Shown here: positions 35,404 to 49,106 of the stretch, one piece after another
How positions within the stretch are numbered: position 1 is the stretch's first letter
Layout: each line of letters opens with the position of its first letter
From: Basidiobolus meristosporus CBS 931.73
Lineage: Eukaryota; Fungi; Basidiobolomycota
Length of the DNA: 64,000 bases
Assembly (NCBI GenBank): GCA_002104905.1
Contig: MCFE01000251.1
Span: 1-64,000 of the forward strand
Direction of reading: 5' to 3'
Translations under genes and position numbers: made by a program
The notes under the pieces: generated by a model
What the model saw: the letters and a program-made list of their open reading frames with translations, nothing else
The model's database searches: none
What the model was told of the DNA's origin: nothing

Positions 35404-38135
35404 TGCTCCCCATAAAAAGTTTTTATGATGATCCTGTCAAAAGGCCAACACAAATTTAAAGTCCTGTGACTAAGAGGTATTGATCCCATCAGGACACTGT
35501 GTAAAGACTTTCAAAAAATAATGCACCCCAAATTTCACAAATAACTTGGTAAAAATTTCTTCACAACAATACAAAAGTGGCTCTTGATTGGTTCTCAGCA
35601 AATGTTCTCGCTTACTGATCCCACACACTCTATCACCTCCCATGTTTGTGTGTATTGATTGGCTATTGCCTCTTCTTGACACTCCTTACTTCCTGACTCA
35701 ACCTTTTCTCTTACTTTTCATGCATGTGGATTGATTGTTTTATGTTGAACTTCAGTTTTACTCACTTGCTAACTGTATTGACCTAAATAAGTCCCTATAC
35801 CCTACACTAACATTAAGCCCAGCCCCACATTCAACAAGTAACTCCATTAAAATCCCTACTGAACAAGTATTTCTGCTGTAATGCTCTGTTTCCACAACCT
35901 TGGCAGGAGCCCTATGGCTTTATGTGACTGTTCTTTCACTGCACTCCATACTTCCTGACTCAACCTTTTCTCTTACTTTTCATGCATGTGGATTGATTGT
36001 TTTATGTTGAACTTCAGTTTTACTCACTTGCTAACTGTATTGACCTAAATAAGTCCCTATACCCTACACTAACATTAAGCCCAGCCCCACATTCAACAAG
36101 TAACTCCATTAAAATCCCTACTGAACAAGCATTTCTGCTGTAATGCTCTGTTTCCACAACCTTGGCAGGAGCCCTATGGCTTTATGTGACTGTTCTTTCA
36201 CTGCACTCCATACTTCCTGACTCAACCTTTTCTCTTACTTTTCATGCATTTGAATTGATTCATTTCCTTTGAAACTTCAAATCTACCTCAATTGCCAACA
36301 GTATTGACCTATACAATTCCCTATACCCTATGCTAAAATCAAGCTCAACCCCACCCTCAACAAGTAACTGTATTAAAATCCACCGCTTGTTAGGTATCTC
36401 TGCTGTTAAACTCTGTTTCCATGACTGTGGTGGGAACTCTATGGCTTTATGCCACTGTTCATTCACTGGTTCTCATGTTTCCTGGTCTTTAGCTTGCACT
36501 GCAAGGTCTAGCACCTCATCTGCCAGTCTCTGCAATAAATTCTTGTAATACTCAGGTGTGTTTTCTTGAGCACTGCTCTTGATGAAGTGCTGCAACCTAT
36601 TGGTGTACCAATTAGTTCTTCAAAATTCCACTGAAGGCCTTGTGATAACCTTTTGAGTTCTTAACATTGTTACACTATTGATCAGTGGGATCTCTACTCT
36701 GTCAACAATGAAGGACACTGAGACTGTGGTAGACAATTTGCCTTTCTCTTCAAACTCTACTGGCTGCACTTCCAACTCTTGTGAAAACAGCAGTTTTCTT
36801 GTTGATAAATCATCTTAGCCCTGATGGGATTCAGTTTGTGCTGGGCTACAACATTAACTGGAAAGGACTGCAGCTTTTTTCTCATGCATCCATGTCTCTG
36901 GCTTGAGTAGACTTTTCTCTGTTTACCTTTTCCTTTATCACTGCCAGGTCTTTCACGGTCACTTTGTCTGAGTGCTCCCTATATTGTCTATGTCTTCTCC
37001 TTGGTAAATTCTGCTCAGAAGCACCTGTTTTGGCCCACTTGTCCCCTGCTGGCACACTGCTGGCAACCTGATACTTCATTCTTACTTGTTTTGAACTCTC
37101 AGCATATGCTGTTAGAGGCTCCTGAGGTAGCTGCTGGTTTTTATCACTGCCAGGTCCTTCATTGCTACTTAGTGTGTTTCTTGAGTAGAACTACTCTTTC
37201 TCCTTGATAAGTGTTGTGCTGGTGCACCTGTGTCTGCCTGCTTTTCCCTTTTGGGCACTCTTCCAGCTACTTGATGTCTCTTTGATGCTTTTTTGGAGCT
37301 TTTGGCCCTGCTTGTAACCGGCTCTTAAGGAAGTCACTGGTTCTTAGCCATTACACCCTTGCTCTTCTGTCTTTGATAGTTTCAGCTACTCTGGAGATAC
37401 TTTCTTAGCATACCAATACTGGCCCAGAATCTGTTTTCTTGTTTGAATCCTGGATAATGCTCATCAAACAAGTGAAGCACATTCTGCTTGGCCTTGAGTT
37501 TCTGATGGTTCCATGGTATGCTGGCCTTAAGGTGTTGGCATGCTAGACCTCTAATAGCCTGTTGAATATTAGCCCACTCTTCATCATTGCACTCAATGGC
37601 TTCACAGATATTCAATATCTTTTATTTTTAAGGCTTTTGTAAAGGTACTATATTTTCCCCCTCCCATATTGTGATGGGTTTCTCTGTGGGCTTTATCTTT
37701 GGGCACTGTTGTTATGCTTCCAAGACTGTATGGTGTTGCTCTGCTGCTCCATTGGGAAATGGCTTAGCTCTTGGCTGTGACATTGAGCTACTTGAGAATC
37801 TTCTTTGCAGCAAAGACACTGCTTTCTCTACCTGGGATACTGAGTACTCAACACCTTTTGTCCACTCATCCTGCTTCTGGACTATTTCCTGATTTCTCTG
37901 GGCAGTTACATCTATCCTATTGCTACTTGTTGTAATTGCCTCATTGAAGATTTGGTATGAGCTGACAACATACTTGCCAGTAAGGGTGGTGGTGATGTTT
38001 TGACAGCCTCTTACTGGTCTTCAACTGGAGGTACTGCTTTTGCAACATTCTCATTTCTCTCAGCATCATGGTAAGCTTACTGCTCCACAGAGATTCCCAA
38101 TTGCCCACTGGACTGAGAGCCTAAGTAGTCTGCAT
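35404..38135 (-). mobile_element. CACTA remnant copy 5 (terminus plus ORF2 region, inverted)
   Basis: Reverse complement is colinear with ~4255-6500; ORF 37382-37615 WANIQQAIRGL...FWASIGMLRKYL. Confidence 0.78.
35681..36470. repeat. Tandem repeat, 262-bp unit: two near-identical copies plus one diverged copy
   Basis: Unit starts at 35681, 35943 and 36205 (actcc(t/a)tacttcctgactcaacc). Confidence 0.92.
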
Positions 38136-38532
38136 TATTATCTTTAGAGAGTTCAGAACTGAAGATTTGACCTTGAATTATGCATATGGAAGGCTCCTGG
38201 ATGAAGAATTAAGAAAATCAAGTGCCAATAAGAAGGAAGAAGAAAATGCTTTAATAGGCAATGACAACCAATAAAGGAGGTAACCAAGACCCTACAAAGG
38301 CATCTGTAACCTGTTTTGCAACTACTGCAAAATGAAAGCACACACATAAGGCCAGTGTCTCAAAAAGAGAGATAATCAGCAAAAGAAGCTGGAATATGGA
38401 AATACTGCAGCAACTGAAGATAGACTATTCATGTCTGCACTAAATAGGACCACAAACAAGGATTTCCAGACAAGGCCCATTGACTATGGAGCATCTCAAC
38501 ACTTTACACACCAAAAAGAATTTTTACCCAAT

Positions 38533-39247
38533 AGACTTGTTCCGTTGAATAGTGCCACATTGAGCCATGAGTGCCAAATGATGCCATAGTGTGCCAGATA
38601 GGCAAAGTGAGCCTACACTTGGCCACAGAGTGTGAAACATAGATCTGCATCTTCATGCAAAGCAGCCCCTGTGTTTCACCTATAATGCAGGAGAAAATAC
38701 ATTTTTTGATGTTTCTTTGTGGATCAATGGTGCACAGGATGTGTAAGAGCACTGAAGAACTGAAGACATGCACCAGGCACTTAATACCCATTGAACTCTA
38801 AATCTAGCTCCTGTGGCTTGTAACATGTCACAAAAATGCATGGCACTATCTTGGTCCACTGGTGCTATCTTGCACTATAAGTGCTTTGTATAGATCTTAT
38901 TTTAGGACTAATAATTAAATATAGTGCCAGATAGTACCAGTGGACCAAGATAGTGCCATGCATTGTTGTGACATATTACAAGCAACAGGAGCTAGATTCA
39001 GAGTGCCATGGGTATTGAGTACCAAATGCATATTTTCAATCCTTTTGTGCACTTGCACATCCTGCACAACATTGACCTAAAAAAAAAGGTTGAAAAATGG
39101 ATTTTCTCTAACATAATTGGTGAAACACAGGGTCTGCTTTGCATGAAGATGCAGATCTATGTTTCATACTCTGTGGCTAAGTATAGATTCACTTAGCCTC
39201 CCTGGCACACTATGGCATCATTTGGCACTATCCAATGGAACAAGTCT
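38533..39247. mobile_element. Foldback MITE copy 3 (715 bp, AAT TSD)
   Basis: Inserted in the copia sequence tttttacccAATatca; ~19-bp deletion in the right arm. Confidence 0.94.
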
Positions 39248-41195
39248 AATATCAGGGAGTTCCAATCAAGAAGGTTTTCATGGGTGACAATAGAACAGTT
39301 GATGCAGTAGGAGAAGCAATGTGAATGAAGCCATACACTGACCTTTAAAAATTTACTCCTTGTATCAGAAGTAGCCAAGAACCCACTATTTGTAAGCAAG
39401 GCCACTACAGAAGGACTCAGCTTCAGCTTTGACAATTCTGGATGCAAGATCACTTATCAAAATGGTGCCCACATTGCTTTGGGTATCAGAGATCAGAATC
39501 TATGCAAATTGAATTATACTCTAGCATATTTAGTAGCCAATATAAGTAACTCAAATGAAGAAATACCAATGCTTTGGCACAGGAGACTTGGGCACATCAA
39601 TTTTTATTATTTGCAGAAAATGATCAAAGATCAGCTAATTTCCAGAGTAAAGATTGATCCCCCAGCTAATTTGGAGCACTGCAAAGCCTGCATATATGGG
39701 AAACAAGACAGACAACTGTTCAAGAGCTCTGGGTTAATTAAAACTAAGAAAAAATTAGTTCTAATTCACTCAGATTTGTGTGATTCTGTGTAGAATTTAT
39801 CCTTATGCAAGATGAAGTGTTTAGTCACTTTATTGATGATTATACAAGATACACATGGGTCTACTTCATGGAGAGAAAGGAATAAGCTCTGTCTAAATGC
39901 AGGGAGTTTGTAGGCATGGTGGAGAGAGAAACTGGTGAAAAATCAAGAAAATATTGCACCAACAATGGTGGAGAATATACCACAAAGCTCTTCATTCACT
40001 TCTGCCAAATTCTTGGGATAAAGCAAGAGACTACTGTACCATACTCCCCACAGCAAAAAAGAGTAGCAGAGCATACTAACAGATCAATAATTGGTAGGGC
40101 AATATCTATGATCCATGATCAAAAATTATCATATGATTTTTGGGCGGAATCAGTTGCCACTGCTGTAAACCTTGAAAGTAGTTGTTATAACAGATTACCT
40201 CTTGATTCTACTCCATTTAAAGCATAGTATGGATACAGACCAAGTGCAGAACATCTAAGAATATTTGGGTGTACAGCATATGCCAAGAAACTGCTTGGAA
40301 ATCAGACAAAATTTGAGCCAAAAAGTGTAAAATGCATATTTTCGGGCTGCTGCAGTGAGACAAAGCATACAAGCTTTACAATACCAAAGGAAAGAAGCTA
40401 ATCAAGTCCAGGGATGTTTGTTTGATGAAAATTCACAAATTTCACAAACAATGACATCAGATGATGACAAAAATCTGATCTCAAGTCCACCAGTTGTCAG
40501 AGTTGAATCAAAGCAAAACAATGAAAATTTGTTAACTCCAGAGAACTCTACAACCATAGTTCAGCCTGAATTAGTGCCCAGGAATAACCCAGAAGTGATC
40601 ATTCTTGTATCAACGCCTGGAGATTGAATTGGACAAGAAATAGCCCAAATTAATATATCAATGAGAGTACAAACTTAGCCTATGCCTATTCAGTCCATAT
40701 TGATGAACCACAGACTATAGAAGATGCCCTAAATAGCCCTCAGACAAAGTTTTGGAGATCTTCAATAACTGAGGAATATCAGGCCCTGATGGAAAATCAA
40801 ACTTGAGACTTGGTCAAATTACCAATCAACCAAAAATCAATTGGATGCAGATGGGTCTTCAAGACAAAATACAAGGCTGATGGTACAATTAAAATATACA
40901 AAGCAAGACCTGTGGCCAAGGGATACTCTCAAACAAAAGGACCTGACTATACTGAGACCATTGCACTGGCAGCCAAGTTTAATTCCTTCAGATTAATATT
41001 GGCTGTTACAAACAAATATAAGTTTTTTATTCATCAAATGGATGTAAAAACTGCATTTTTGAGTGGAGAACTTGACACAGATGTGTATAAGGGTTTATTG
41101 ACCAAGATAGCCCCCATTTGGTCTGCAAGCTTAAAAAATCTCTATATGGTCTCAAACAATTACCAAGAGCCTGGAATTGCAAGATAGATTTTTAT

Positions 41196-44100
41196 TGTTG
41201 TAAAAATTGGTAATTCCACCTAAATATTCACCTAACTTAGTCACTTAGATCATTACCGTCAAATCCTAGAGAATACTGACCAAATTCCTTGTTGGGATTT
41301 ACTTAGAATACTTTCACCAAAATACCAGATACCCAGAACATGAAAGTTCTCAAAGTTGTCCAAACAGCCCCAAACTTTGCACACATGTTCTTGGGACCTT
41401 CCTTAACCTATTCTACATGTTTGTAATGCCAAGACCAGGTAAAAGTATAAATACTACTTTTACATTCAATAAATCATTAAGTGAAAACCACATAATCTAC
41501 TTGTTCTCCCAATCACTTCCAATATCTCCAGGACTCTTACAACAGGTTATGAGCCCTGAACTGTCACTCTCTGCAATGTCTCCTACTGCTATTACTGGAA
41601 TTTTTCCCTCTGCTGAAAAGTTGGATGGATCTAACTACCAAGTGTGGAAGGTGAAGATGAAGATGCTGCTACAAGAAAGAGGCCTTTGGGACATTGTCAT
41701 GGGAGAAGATTGCCCTCCCAAAAATGTGGGAGAGGAAGCCTTAAAGTACCAGAAGAAAGAACAAAGTGTCTTTAACTGCATTTGCCTTAATGTCAAGGAC
41801 AAATTGCTAATTCAATGCTCAAGAGCAAAAACGGCAAAGAATGCCTGGAAAGCATTAGAAGACACCTACCAGTCATGTTCAGCTGCCAAGAAAATGTATC
41901 TGAGACAAAAATTCTTTACTACAAAGATGCTGCCAGGAGAAAAAATGAAAAATCTAATTAACAGAATTACCCTGCTGGTAGATGAGATGGAATCTGTGGG
42001 CATACCAACTACTGATGAGCATGTGATAGTTACTATACTGAATAGCTTGACAGACAAGTTTCAGGGCCTTGTATCAGCCCTATAGTCCAGAACTGAAGGT
42101 TTGACCTTAAATTACGTATATGGAAGGCTCCTGGATGAAGAATTAAGAAAATCAAGTGCTAATAAGAAGGAAGAAGGATATGCTTTAATAAGCAATGATA
42201 ACCAACAAAGGAGGTACCCAAGACCCTACAAAGGCAACAGAAACCTGTTTTGTAACTACTGCAAAAGGAAAGGACACACATCAGACCGGTGTCCCAAAAA
42301 GAGAGATTATCAGCAAAAGAAGCCTGAATATGGAAATGCTGCAACAACTGAAGATAGACTATTCATATCCGCACTAAATATGACCACAAACAAGGATTCT
42401 CAGATGTGGTATATTGACTCTGGAGCATCTCAGCACTTTACACTCCAAAAAGAACTTTTTACACAATATCAAGAAATTTCAATTAAGAAGGTTTTAATGG
42501 GTGATGATAGAACACTTGATGCAGTGGGGGAAGGAACTATCCAAGTAAACCTTAGAAGCAGTGAAGGAAGCCATACACTGACCATTAAAGAAGTACTCTA
42601 TGTACCAGAAATAGCCAAGAACCTACTCTCAGTAAGCAAGGCCACAGCAGAAGGACTCAGTTTCAGTTTTGACAATTCTGGATGCAGGATCACTGATCAA
42701 AATGGTGCCCATATTGCTTTGGGCATCAGAGATCAGAATCTATACAAGTTGACTTATATTCCATCATATTTGCAAGCCAATATAAGTAACTTAAACAAAG
42801 AAACACCAATGCTTTGGTATATGAGATTTGGACACCTCAATTTTGATTATTTGCGTAAAATGATCAAAGATCAGCTAATTTCCAGAGTAAAGATTGATCC
42901 CCCAGCTAATTTGGAGCACTGCAAAGCCTGCATATATGGGAAACAAGCCAGACAACTGTTCAAGAGCTGTGGGCTAATCAAAACTAAGAAAAAATTAGAT
43001 CTAATTCACTCAAATCTGTGTGGACCTATGCAAAATTTATCCTTAGGTGGGATGAAGTATTTAATCACTTTTATTCATGATTATAAAAGATACACATGGG
43101 TCTACCTCATGGAGAAAAAGGAAGAAGCTCTGTCTAAGTTCAGGGAGTTTAAAGCCATGGTGGAGAGAGAAACTGGTGAGAAAATCAAGAAAATACGCTC
43201 TGATAATGGTGGAGAATATACCTCAAAACTCTTCATCCACTTCTGCAAAACGTATGGGATAAAGCAAGAGACTACTGTACCATACTTCCCACAGCAAAAT
43301 GGAGTAGCAGAACAAGCTAATAAATCAATAATTGATATGGCAAGATCCATGATCCATGATCAAAAATTATCCTATGATTTTTGGGCAGAATCAGTTGCCA
43401 CTGCTATATACCTTAAAAATAGGAGTTATAACAGAATACTTTGTGATTCCACTCCATTTAAAGCATGGTATGGATACAGACCAAGTGCAGAACATCTAAG
43501 AATATTTGGGTGTACAGCATATGCCAAGAAACTGCTTGGAAATCAGTCAAAATTTGAGCCAAAAAGTGTAAAATGCATATTTTTGGGCTACTGCAATGAG
43601 AGTAAGGCAAACAGACTCTACAATACCAAAGCAAAGAAGCTGATCAAGTCCAGGGATGTGTTGTTTGATGAAAATTCAAGATTTTCACAAAAAATGATAT
43701 CAGATGATGACAAAAATTTGATCCTAAGTCCACCAATTGTCAGGATTGAATCAGAGCAAAACAATGAAAATTTTTTCACTCCAGAGGACTCTACAACCAT
43801 GGTTCAGCCAGTATCAGTGCCCAGGAATATCCCAGAAGTGATCATTCCCATATCAAATGCCTGGAGATCCAATTGGACAAGAAATAGCCCAAATTACTAT
43901 ATCAATGAGGGTACAAACTTAGCCTATGCCTATTCAGTCCATGTTGATGAACCCCAGACTGTAAAAGAGGCCTTAAATAGCCCTCAGACAAAGTTTTGGA
44001 GATCTGCAATGACTGAGGAATATTAGGCCCTGATGGAAAATCAAACTTGGGACTTAGTCAAATTACCAATCAACCAAAAATCAATTGGATGCAGATGGGT

Positions 44101-45878
44101 CTTCAAGACAAAATACAAGGCTGATGGTACAATTGAAAGATACAAAGCAAGACTTGTAGCCAAAGGATACTCTCAAACAAAAGGACTTGACTATACTGAG
44201 ACCATTGCACTGGTAGCCAAGTTTAATTCCATCAGATTAATATTTGCTATTGCAGCCAAATATACGTTTTTTATTTTTCAAATGGATGTAAAACTGCATT
44301 TTTGAATGGAGAACTTGATGAGGACATGTATATGGACCAGCCTGATGGGTTTGTTGACCAAGATAACCCCCATTTGGTCTGCAAGCTTAAAAAGTCACTT
44401 TATGGTCTCAAACAATCACTGAGAGCCTGGAATTGCAAGATAGATTCTTATTTGGAATCTTTGAGTTTCAAAAGAAGTAATGCTGGCTATGGTATATACT
44501 GTAAGCCAGATAGAGCAAATCTGGTTCTATTAGCTCTATATGTGGATGATCTTATAATAGCCGCCAATAACCTAGAAACATTGGAAGAGACTAAATACAG
44601 CCTATCTAAGGAGTTCAGGATGTCCAATCTAGGAGAACTTAGTTACTACTTAGGGATTAAGTTCTCCATAGACAGAAGTACCCAGACTATCACCCTAAGT
44701 CAATCCAAGTATGTTCAAGATATACTAAAGAAGTACAAAATGGAAGACTTTAAACCAGCAGCTACCCCAATGGAGACAAATCTTAACTTGGTCAAAACTC
44801 AACCAAATCAAGAGGGCTTGGTGCCATCTGAAAGCCCTGACTTTCCTTATCAATCCATGATCGGCAGTCTGATGTATATCATGCTTGGAACACGTCCAGA
44901 TATCTCATATTCAGTGGGAGTTGTCAGCCAACTTAATCAGAACTATGGATCTGATCATATTGCAGCAGTTAAGCGGATTTTTAGATACCTAAAAGGAACT
45001 GCTGATATCTGCTTAAGATACATTAGTAAGAATTCAGAACAGGATGTTGTGGGATACTCTGATGCTGATTGGGGACAAAATTTAGAAGACAGAAGATCCA
45101 CCACAGGATACACCTTTCTTTACTGTAAAGGAGCAATTTCATGGAATTCACAAAAGCAACCAACCGTAGCACTTTCCACCACGGAGGCAGAGTATATGGC
45201 AGCCTGTGAAGCTACAAAAGAAGCAATGTAGTTAAGAAAGCTCTTTACAGATTTAGGCCTATGTCAAAAAACACCTATTACTTTATTTCAAGATAATTGA
45301 GGATGTATACAATTAGGTAGAAATCCAACTTTTCATGCTAGAACCAAGCACATAGATATTAGACATCATTTCATATGTGAAGCTATAAAGAATAACTTAG
45401 TTGGCTTAGTTTACTGTCCTACAGATGAAATGATTGCAGACATATTTACCAAACAATTAGCTAGAGAAAAGTTTGAATATCTTAGGTCAAAATTAGGACT
45501 AGTCAGTGTGAACATTTAGCTGAGTGGGAGTGTTGTAAAACTTGTATTTCCACCTAAATACTCACCTAACTTAGTCACTTAGATCATTACCCTCAAATCC
45601 TAGAGAATACTGACCAAATTCCTTGTTGGGATTTACTTAGAATACTTTCACCAAAATACCAGGTACCCAGAACATGAAAGTTCTCAAAGTTGTCCAAACA
45701 GCCCCAAACTTTGCACACATGTTCATGGGACCTTCTTTAACCAATTCTATGTGTTTGTAATGCCAAGACCAGGTAAAAGTATAAATACTACTATTACATT
45801 CAATAAATCATTAAGTGAAAACCACATAATCTACTTGTTCTCCCAATCACTTCCAATATCTCCAAGACTCTTACAACA
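41196..45878 (+). mobile_element. Full-length but disabled Ty1/copia element, family A; TSD TTTAT/CTTAT
   Basis: LTRs 41196-41544 and 45531-45878 (roughly 96% alike by eye); PBS; ORF pieces 41417-42085, 42101-44026, 44033-44305 and 44302-45231 with YVDD and GYSDADW. Confidence 0.96.
41545..41556 (+). promoter_or_regulatory. Half-tRNA-iMet primer-binding site (Ty5/Drosophila copia type)
   Basis: GGTTATGAGCCC directly after the LTR; contains the in-frame gag ATG at 41549. Confidence 0.85.
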
Positions 45879-47393
45879 CTTATTTGGAGTCTTTGAGTTT
45901 CAAAATCAGTAATGCTGACTATAGTGTACACTATAAGCCAGATAAAGCATATCCAGTTCTATTTGCTCTATATGTGGATGATCTTATTATAGCCACCAAT
46001 AACCTAGCAACATTGGAAGTGACTATATCCAGACTATCTAAGGAGTTCAAGAGATCCAATCTAGGAGAGCCCAGTCACTACTTGGGGATTAAGTTCTCCA
46101 TAGACAGAAGTACCCAGACTATTACCCTAAGCCAATCCAAGTATATTCAAGATATACTAAAGAAGTACCAAATAAAAGACTGTAAACTGGCAGCTACCCC
46201 AATGGAGACAAACCTTTACTTGGTCACAACTCAACCAAGTCAAGAGAGCTTGGTGCCATCTGAAAGCCCTGACTTTCCTTATCATTCTATGACTGGTAGT
46301 CTGATGTGTATCATGCTTGGAACATGTACAGATATCTTATATTCAGTGGGAGTTGTCAGCCAACATAGTCATAACTGTGGATCTGATCAATTTGCAGCAG
46401 TTAAGCAGATTTTTAGATACCTAAAAGGAACTGCTGATAGCGGTTAAGATACACTTATAAGGATTCAGAACAGGATCTTGTGGGATACTCTGATGCTGAT
46501 TGGGGACAAAATTTAAAAAACCAAAGATCCACCACAGCATACACCCTTCTTTATTGTAAAGGGGCAATTTCATGGAATTGAAGAAAGCAACCAACCAAAA
46601 CACTCCCTACCACAGAGGCAGAGTATATAGCAGCCTGTGAAGCTACAAAAGAAGCAATGCAGATAAGAAAGCCTTTTGCAGATTTAGGCCTATGTCAAAA
46701 AACATCTATTACTTTATTTCAAGATAATCAAGCATGTATACAATTAGGTAGAAATCTGACTTTTCTTGCTAGAACCAAGCACATAGATATTAGACATCAT
46801 TTCATACGTGAAGCTATAGAGAGTAACTTAGTTAGCTTAGTTTACTGCCCCTCAGATGAAATGATTGCAGACATATTTACCAAACAATTAGCTAGAAACA
46901 AGTTTGAATATCTTAGGTCAAAATTAGGACAAGTCAGTATGAGCATTTAGCTGAGTGGGAGTGTTGTAAAAATTTGTAATTCCACCTAAATATTCACCAA
47001 ACTTAGCCACTTAGATCATTAACTTCAAATCCTAGAGAATACTAACTAAATTTCTTGTTAGGATTTACGTAGAATATTTACCAAGAACATGAAAATTAGA
47101 TAAGTTGTCCAAACAGCTCCAAACTTTGCATACATGTTCTTGGGACCTCCCTTAACCTATTCTATGTGTTTGTTATGCCAAGGCCATGTAAAAGTATAAC
47201 TACTACTTTTACATTGAATAAATCATCAAGTGAATGTTCTTGGGACCTTCCTTAGCCTATTCTATGTGTTTGTTATGCCAAGACCATGTAAAAGTATAGA
47301 TACTACTTTTACATTCAATAAATCATTAAGTGAAAACCACATAATCTACTTGTCCTTCCAGTCACCTCCAGTATCTCCAAGATTCTTACAACA

Positions 47394-48300
47394 AGATCCA
47401 CCCATGGGACCAAAAGACCATGAGAGTCACACTGGAGCAAGATCCCACAGATAAGTATGCTTCCCAACCAGAGAGCTCCAAACAAGTGCAGCATAAAGGT
47501 CAGGGGCAGAGCCAAGGACCTTCAAGCAAGCACCCACCTACTCAATGAGTGGTGATTGAAGAAAGGACCAAACACCAGAGTACTCTTGGCAAGGAAAGAA
47601 TTGAAGAGCAACAGAGCAGCAAAGGGAAAAGCAAAGCAATATTCCCATGGTATGAAGGCAGGAAAGAGAGTCAAGTTGTGGGAGAGACAACTGACCAGGT
47701 GCAAAGCAAAGTGCCCCAAGCTGCACAGCATGAATATGAAGTTGCAGCATATGACCCTACTCTATGCCCTGAAAACTGGTCAGATGCCATAGGAGATATG
47801 GTAGAAGACCAAGAGAGAGCAGAAGAGAACAAGAGTACCTCAGGAACTGGATAATCAGTGATAGACAAAGTGGAGATTCCTACTGTCAGAAAACTATTAG
47901 GCATGCAGCAAGATTACGGCATAGAGATGCCCACAGTGGAATTCTGGCAGAGCAACAGACAAACAAAGAAAATTCAGCAGTTCTTTACATGCAACTTCAA
48001 GGTCAATGCACTTCAAGTGTGCCAAGGTTTATTGTTGAAATTGGCAAAAGTAAGGCTGAACACTGCACAGATAGAAAAGCAAGATGTGTTGGAAATCATC
48101 AATGAAGCATGGCATCAAACTGCAGTGTATTCACCAGACAAGTGGAAGAAAAGTTTTGACTTAACTAAACTTGCAGAGTGGCGGATTATGCTAGAACTAA
48201 TGGTGAAGTGTGATGTAGGAAACACAGTAGATATAGGGTATAAGTACAAGGAGGTACAAGTGAATATAGAGGACTGGCTGAAGATCTGCAAAAAATAAGC
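47394..48300 (+). pseudogene. Diverged CACTA ORF2-like C-terminal region
   Basis: MPTVEFWQSNRQTKKIQQFF...LLLKLA resembles 30214 MPSVEYWNINRHTKRLQHFF...LLQRLA. Confidence 0.55.
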
Positions 48301-49069
48301 CAATAAACAAAGAGATAATTCACAGCGCACATATATGATCCATGATCAAATAGTGTTGAGTAAGCATGTGACCAATAGCAAAAGACCGTGATCAAATTGA
48401 AGCAAAAAAAAAAAGAGAAAACAGCTGGATTAGATGGGGTAGTAAGAAAAGGTGATTCTGATGGGAATCAAACCACCCTCCTACACTAAGTAAGATTGAT
48501 CCAATTTTTCTGATGGCCTTCACATGGGATTACCTCAAAAATTTCTGTCAGGGCTCCAGTTATATTGGAAGCTTATCTTGGCAAAGATAATACATACACT
48601 ATACTTAGAAAGGTCCAAAGAGTATATATGGAGAGTTTGGGAGGCTTTGGGCAACTACTAAGATTTGCATGTCCAGGGTGTGAGTACTCAATGTAGTACC
48701 CACTCTTTGCCCAAGAGTTCTCCCAAGAGTTCCCTCCAGAGTCCTACCCAAAGTCCTCCAGTACCCTCCCTATGATTCCCCCATGCGTCCTCCCCTCCTA
48801 TCCCTGCCCTTATCTAGTTAGAACACTTACCATAACAGGAAGGTGTTCACACCCCTATTTTTTAACACATTGTCTATTGTCTAAGCCCCCCCAAGTGATA
48901 TATATATCTACCCAATTGAACCAGGAAGAACAACGAGATTTGGACGAAATAAACAGAAGTCTTTATTACCTTGCTACCTTCTATTGGAAGCTATTCTGAA
49001 CCAAGTGGTACTGACTTGACCTACAAGCTCTCCCACTCACCAAGTACAGTCAGTAATAACCCACATATT

Positions 49070-49081
49070 TGGTGCCATCTC
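49070..49081 (+). promoter_or_regulatory. Primer-binding site, probably tRNA-His
   Basis: TGGTGCCATCTC, complementary to a fungal tRNA-His type 3' end (GAGAUGGCACCA). Confidence 0.7.
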
Positions 49082-49106
49082 TGCGGAAATAAGCACAAGT
49101 GAGGTA

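Larger units (their letters stand above)
38138..47393 (+). mobile_element. Older, 5'-truncated copia-A element hosting MITE copy 3 and a younger copia-A; 3' LTR 46962-47393
   Basis: Degenerate gag/PR/IN/RT at 38138-41190 resumes at 45879 (cttatttggagtc); PPT tgagtgggag. Confidence 0.88.

Noticed and set aside
41417-41548. ORFs starting inside copia-A LTRs (528, 41417, 47230)
   Set aside because: Probably a chance open frame through R-U5; the ATG is GTG in the 3' LTRs, and the PBS-embedded ATG is the likelier gag start.
48772-48999. 75-aa ORF repeated in both gypsy C LTRs
   Set aside because: Duplicated simply because it lies in the LTR; no coding features.
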